Source: Deinococcales bacterium
GTDB lineage: Bacteria; Deinococcota; Deinococci; Deinococcales; JAAFIG01
Assembly: GCA_031414595.1 (NCBI GenBank)
Contig: JANNVX010000072.1
Coordinates: forward strand, 1 to 60,441
Reading direction: 5' to 3'
Length of the DNA: 60,441 bases
Of the stretch, positions 58,517 through 60,441 are shown one piece after another. A model generated the notes under the pieces. That model saw nothing but the letters and a program-made list of their open reading frames with translations, had not been told where the DNA came from and made no database searches. Position 1 is the first letter of the stretch. Each line of letters opens with the position of its first letter. The position numbers and the translations under genes were made by a program.

Positions 58517-59301
58517 GACTCGAGACACAACATTTAAGCCTTGGCTATGAAGATAAAATTATCGTTGAGGATTTGAATTTAACCCTCGAGATGGGCAAAA
58601 TCACCACAATTATCGGCTCGAATGGTTGTGGTAAAAGCACAATCCTGCGTTCTATTGCACGGCTCTTAAAACCCAAAATGGGGGCGGTGCTGTTGGATGG
58701 TAAAGCAATCCATACCCTGCCGAGTAAAACCGTAGCACAGCAACTGGCGATTCTGCCACAAACCCCAACTGCGCCCGAAGGGATTACCGTCGAAGCCTTG
58801 GTTCGTTTTGGGCGCTATCCACACCAAAAATTCTTGCAACCACGCAATCCCCAAGACGACCTCGCCATTGAACAGGCGCTCGAGCAAACCAAAATGCTTG
58901 AGTTGAGAACCCGTCCGCTCGAGACCTTATCAGGTGGGCAACGCCAAAGGGCTTGGATTGCCATGAGTCTGGCGCAAGACACGCCCATACTGCTGCTCGA
59001 TGAACCCACAACTTATTTGGATATTAAACATCAACTCGAGGTGTTGCATCTGCTCGAGGAACTGAATGCTAAAACAGGTAAAACCGTGGTGATGGTGTTG
59101 CACGACCTCAATCAAGCCGCCCGATACAGCCACCAGTTGATTGCAGTCCAAGATGGTCGGGTTATGGCACAGAACACCCCAGAATTGGTGTTGACCAACC
59201 AAGTCGTGCGTGATGTTTTTGGTATCGAGGCGCATCTGATTCTTGACCCGAGCAACGGCAAACCGCATGTGATTCCTTTTGCCTTGGCAGTTAAAAAATG
59301 A
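58513..59301 (+). CDS. iron ABC transporter ATP-binding protein
   Basis: GSNGCGKST, LSGGQRQR, LDEPT, LHDLN. Confidence 0.95.
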   Translation: MRLETQHLSLGYEDKIIVEDLNLTLEMGKITTIIGSNGCGKSTILRSIARLLKPKMGAVLLDGKAIHTLPSKTVAQQLAILPQTPTAPEGITVEALVRFGRYPHQKFLQPRNPQDDLAIEQALEQTKMLELRTRPLETLSGGQRQRAWIAMSLAQDTPILLLDEPTTYLDIKHQLEVLHLLEELNAKTGKTVVMVLHDLNQAARYSHQLIAVQDGRVMAQNTPELVLTNQVVRDVFGIEAHLILDPSNGKPHVIPFALAVKK

Positions 59302-60305
59302 TTCTGGCTCGAGACTTGAGAATGCTCAAGACGTGGTTGGCTTTCCCAATCATGCTTGGGGTTTTACTGTTTACTTTTTTGCTTTCGATTTCGGTGGGTG
59401 CAGCCAATATCCCCTTACTCGAGGTTTGGCGCTTGGTTTTTAACCCAGACGACAGCACCAACAGCCTGATTGTCCAAACCTTGCGACTTCCACGGGCAGT
59501 GGTGGCATTGATGGTTGGCTCGAGCCTCGCCATTAGCGCCGCGCTTTTGCAAGGCGTGACCCGTAATCCATTGGCGGGACCGGGGATTCTCGGGGTCAAT
59601 GCTGGGGCAGCACTGGGCATTTTGGTGGGCATTGTTTTTTTGCCGGGTCTACCAAGCTATCTTTTTGTGTTGCTGGCGTTTGCGGGTGGAGTTGGGGCGG
59701 CGGCTCTGACTTTTGGCGTAACAGCCGCCGTGGGCATTACACCTGTGCGTTTGGCGCTGGCTGGGATTGCGGTGGCATCCTTGCTGGCTGCACTTACTTC
59801 TGGTATTCAGATTTTATTTGAAGAACGCGCTCGAGCCGCTATTTTTAGTCTGGCGGGCAGTCTGGCTGGGCGCACATGGCAACACGCCCAGAGCATCGCT
59901 CCGTGGTTTGTGGTTTGTACAATGCTGGCGCTGCTCTCGAGTCAGTTACTCAATCTGGTTTCGCTTGGCGAAGATGTGGCAAGGGGCTTAGGCGTAAATG
60001 TCAATCTGGCACGGTTTGGTTTGGCGGGTTTGGCGGTGCTGCTTGCTAGTGCTGCCACCAGTGTGGCGGGTCCAATTGGATTTTTGGGTTTAATGTCGCC
60101 GCACTTAGCAAGGGGGCTGGTTGGAGCGGATAACCGCCTAGTGATACCACTTGCTGCCCTGATTGGCTCGAGTATTTTGCTGCTGGCAGATGTTGGCGCT
60201 CGAGTGGTGGATATGCCGCTCGAGACCCCTGTGGGGATTTTAATTACCGCGATTGGCGCACCTTTTTTTGTGTATTTAGCACGGCGGATTGGACGTGAAC
60301 ACTAA
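59298..60305 (+). CDS. FecCD family iron ABC permease
   Basis: LRLPR, TRNPLA, IGAPFF. Confidence 0.95.
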   Translation: MILARDLRMLKTWLAFPIMLGVLLFTFLLSISVGAANIPLLEVWRLVFNPDDSTNSLIVQTLRLPRAVVALMVGSSLAISAALLQGVTRNPLAGPGILGVNAGAALGILVGIVFLPGLPSYLFVLLAFAGGVGAAALTFGVTAAVGITPVRLALAGIAVASLLAALTSGIQILFEERARAAIFSLAGSLAGRTWQHAQSIAPWFVVCTMLALLSSQLLNLVSLGEDVARGLGVNVNLARFGLAGLAVLLASAATSVAGPIGFLGLMSPHLARGLVGADNRLVIPLAALIGSSILLLADVGARVVDMPLETPVGILITAIGAPFFVYLARRIGREH

Positions 60306-60343
60306 GGATTTGTCCCAGAATAACTTCCCGATTTCAAGAATAG
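60302..60343 (+). mobile_element. putative IS/MITE terminus at the stop codon
   Basis: 31/36 identity to the reverse complement of 105-140; begins at the TAA of the permease gene. Confidence 0.5.
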
Positions 60344-60441
60344 TGTCATTCGGTTCTCGGTTTGGTAAAGTCATTTGAATGCAGACCTACTCACTAAAAG
60401 TCAAAAATATGATGTTACGGCTGTACCAGTCACTTAATGAA

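Overview
This is a chromosomal window from a low-GC member of the Deinococcota, probably Deinococcales. The assignment rests on a two-OB-fold SSB with a 17-bp RDRM/DdrO-like operator, a DdrH-like protein, many leaderless TAnnnT-N6-ATG starts, and crtB. Housekeeping and metabolic genes include lspA, ssb, ybeY, metH, crtB, ABC exporters and an Fe-siderophore ABC operon. Accessory loci are a frameshifted Type II-like R-M pair, an AAA ATPase + DUF4276-like pair, and two clusters of SARP/BTAD-type regulators next to secreted RCC1/Ig-like/subtilase lipoproteins. The most interesting candidate is at 190-9189: an unannotated 49-aa secreted propeptide gene (4362-4511, minus) lies directly upstream of a TPR + C-terminal winged-helix regulator. 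The pair is flanked by a subtilase lipoprotein and by a promoter with SARP-geometry direct repeats. This resembles an RRNPP/Rap-Phr-like peptide signalling system outside Bacillota (inference). Four promoters of secreted-protein genes share an 11-bp-period direct repeat 7-8 nt before the -10. The window is saturated with the palindrome CTCGAG and carries at least four small dispersed repeat families, some inserted in frame inside metH. No CRISPR array, tRNA, rRNA or transposase was recognised. All product calls come from motif recognition by eye; no database search was run.
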